Shown: piece by piece, positions 62,977-64,000 of the stretch | Position numbering within the stretch: position 1 is the first letter of the stretch | How the letters are laid out: every line of letters starts with the position of its first letter | Assembly (NCBI RefSeq): GCF_006345805.1 | Contig: NC_043000.1 | Coordinates: 10,974,001 to 11,038,000 of the forward strand | From: Octopus sinensis | Taxonomy: Eukaryota | Length of the DNA stretch: 64,000 nt | Reading direction: 5' to 3' | Translations under genes and position numbers: made by a program | Notes under the pieces: generated by a model | Seen by the model: the letters and a program-made list of their open reading frames with translations, nothing else | Databases searched by the model: none | Told to the model about the DNA's origin: nothing

Positions 62977-62995
62977 TATATATATATATATACAC
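61079..62995 (-). CDS. Penelope-like reverse transcriptase + C-terminal GIY-YIG endonuclease (638 codons open; first ATG at 62932 gives 617 aa)
   Basis: RT motifs FITLKDHK...RLINP, FDIIDFYPSI, PMGAYDGAELC, YRDDGL, DFLDV, SNHPP. Cys linker CNYKNESSCPLEGKC. GIY-YIG GVVYRAKV...YTGASENSFKTRFYSH...CKLCLLEK...LNQRSE. No stop or frameshift. The listed start is a GTG in the flanking microsatellite. Confidence 0.93.
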   Translation of the reverse strand: MYIYIYRKIKFRKYTNQLQRNMREKIKKINDSNKIFVNSDKTRNLYALDKDVYKRLISNSVTDTYKKDNTNIYKEVNLEARGIANDLKISDRIEYLSPRPAFITLKDHKANFSRNPKCRLINPAKTEIGIISKNILDRILVKLDSKVDLRIWKNSKSVIEWFKGISHKNNCSFTQFDIIDFYPSISRTLLLRALDFAKQYVNIDSSEIDIIMHARKSLLFFEDSTWIKKTEDSLFDVPMGAYDGAELCMLIGAFILHNLKIEFPFIDAGLYRDDGLRATHNLNGHESDRLRKDLIAFFQRMGLRVTIDANLNSVDFLDVNFNVRSDRFKPFRKPNEKLSYISKDSNHPPVILRNLVSNVGRRISSISSDEAAFHNAAHYYDSALKNSGFSEKIQYNQLNADNNAARRTRTRKVLWFNPAFNLAVKTNIGKEFLRLVSKHFKQGHKFYRIFNRRTLKVSYSCCRNFASYISQHNRKLIEIRHGAEPIKKCNYKNESSCPLEGKCLVKGVVYRAKVQVEGSSEYKTYTGASENSFKTRFYSHKNSFKYPENRKRTSLAKYVWELKEKETPPFNVTWSILDRAAPYKHGAYKNNFKCKLCLLEKMYILFKDNNSLNQRSELMNLCRHAAKFKMSNINITYG

Positions 62996-64000
62996 TCACC
63001 ATTTTCATTTAAAAGAAATATGTCACACACAGTATTGTGAAACTTACGGAACTGATTTTAAAATTATTAAATGCTATCAAACGTTTCCCCAAGTCTCAAG
63101 CTTAGTGTTTATTATTTTATTTTTTATCTTCTACATGTTTCAGTCATTGAACTGTGGCCATGCTGGGGCACCACTTTGAAGGGTTTAGTTGCGGGTAGTA
63201 AACAAGCCAACATCAATTTTCAAGCGGTGATATTTTACAAACTTCTTGTTATTCCGCTTCGGAATATTTATTCTTCGTCGTTCTAATTTGAGCTGCTCTT
63301 TCATTGCTCCCCAAACTTCTCTTGAACTTGTTTCAGTCATATCCCTTAAATCATGCTCTACCATTTTATAAAAGACAGAACTCAATGGATAATCTAATTA
63401 TACACATTTCGTGTATGAAAATAAGTCAGGGTATCAAAACTGGATTCGGTTTGTCACTAAAGGTTAAACTTCGAGAACAAAATGTTGAGTAGCAAGAGCA
63501 CTAACGACATACGCCATTGCAATATTGACAGAAAAAATAAAAATAATAAATGCACCCTTTTTAAAGGCTAGCCAGGCTCATGGGCCCGGTTTCCCGGTTT
63601 CAATGGCGTATGTGTTCCCCCAAGCTGGACGGGATGCCAGTCCATCGCAGCATGGATCTTTTCCTTTTGAACAGCAGATGTCAACACAATTTCTAGTTAA
63701 CTAAACACTTTTAAACTTCGTATACTGGTAGAATGTGTTTATAAAACATCACTTTCTCTTGGTTTTATTGAGAAAATTCTATAGTTTGTAAGATATTTCG
63801 TCTGAAAATCCGAGCATTTCGGCAATTTTAACCAATCGAATACCTCCATTCAACTAAAATCATTTTATGCGTCTAAAACTGAGACAACATTCTGTAACTA
63901 ACCCTAAACCTCCCCCTAACCTTAACCCTAATTCTTTTTTTTATTAATTGTTAAATTAATTTAATTCCATTGCTTTAGTTTTTTTTACACGCGTAACAAT

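Noticed and set aside
63185-63492. Short ORFs upstream of the PLE as its missing N-terminus
   Set aside because: They are separated from the ORF by (TA)n and a SINE fragment, and I could not recognise a PLE N-terminal motif with confidence.
63895-63932. Telomere-like CCCTAA motifs
   Set aside because: Only a few imperfect units inside a dispersed repeat related to 50500-50700 and 52770-52960; not a telomeric array.

Overview
Eukaryotic, AT-rich, repeat-dense genomic DNA. The SINE families and microsatellite load point to an octopus/cephalopod (inference); nothing prokaryotic and no CRISPR. One host gene is supported: HEMK1 (HemK/PrmC-family mitochondrial release-factor glutamine methyltransferase) on the + strand. 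I assembled nine coding exons by hand (9682-49153). All have AG/GT boundaries and chain in frame to 996 nt once one missing upstream nucleotide is added. The exon carrying the start codon was not found. The rest is mostly a mosaic of mobile DNA: tRNA-derived SINEs, 3' ends and relics of RTE LINEs, CR1, HERO- and CRE-type relics, three mariner relics, piggyBac/pogo-type MITEs, a Helentron-type element, a truncated U2 snRNA retrocopy, mini/microsatellites and a 100-N gap. Best leads: (1) a young Penelope-like (Neptune-type) retroelement with an uninterrupted RT + GIY-YIG ORF and a minimal type I hammerhead ribozyme at its 3' end, plus a second, variant hammerhead-like motif at 12.6 kb; (2) seven tandem ~184-bp units directly after a HEMK1 5' splice site, each with a donor-like hexamer and a 21-bp-stem hairpin; (3) a ~700-bp near-perfect inverted repeat; (4) a 151-bp target-site-like duplication around an RTE 3' end. 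All coordinates and alignments were read by eye; no database searches were run.
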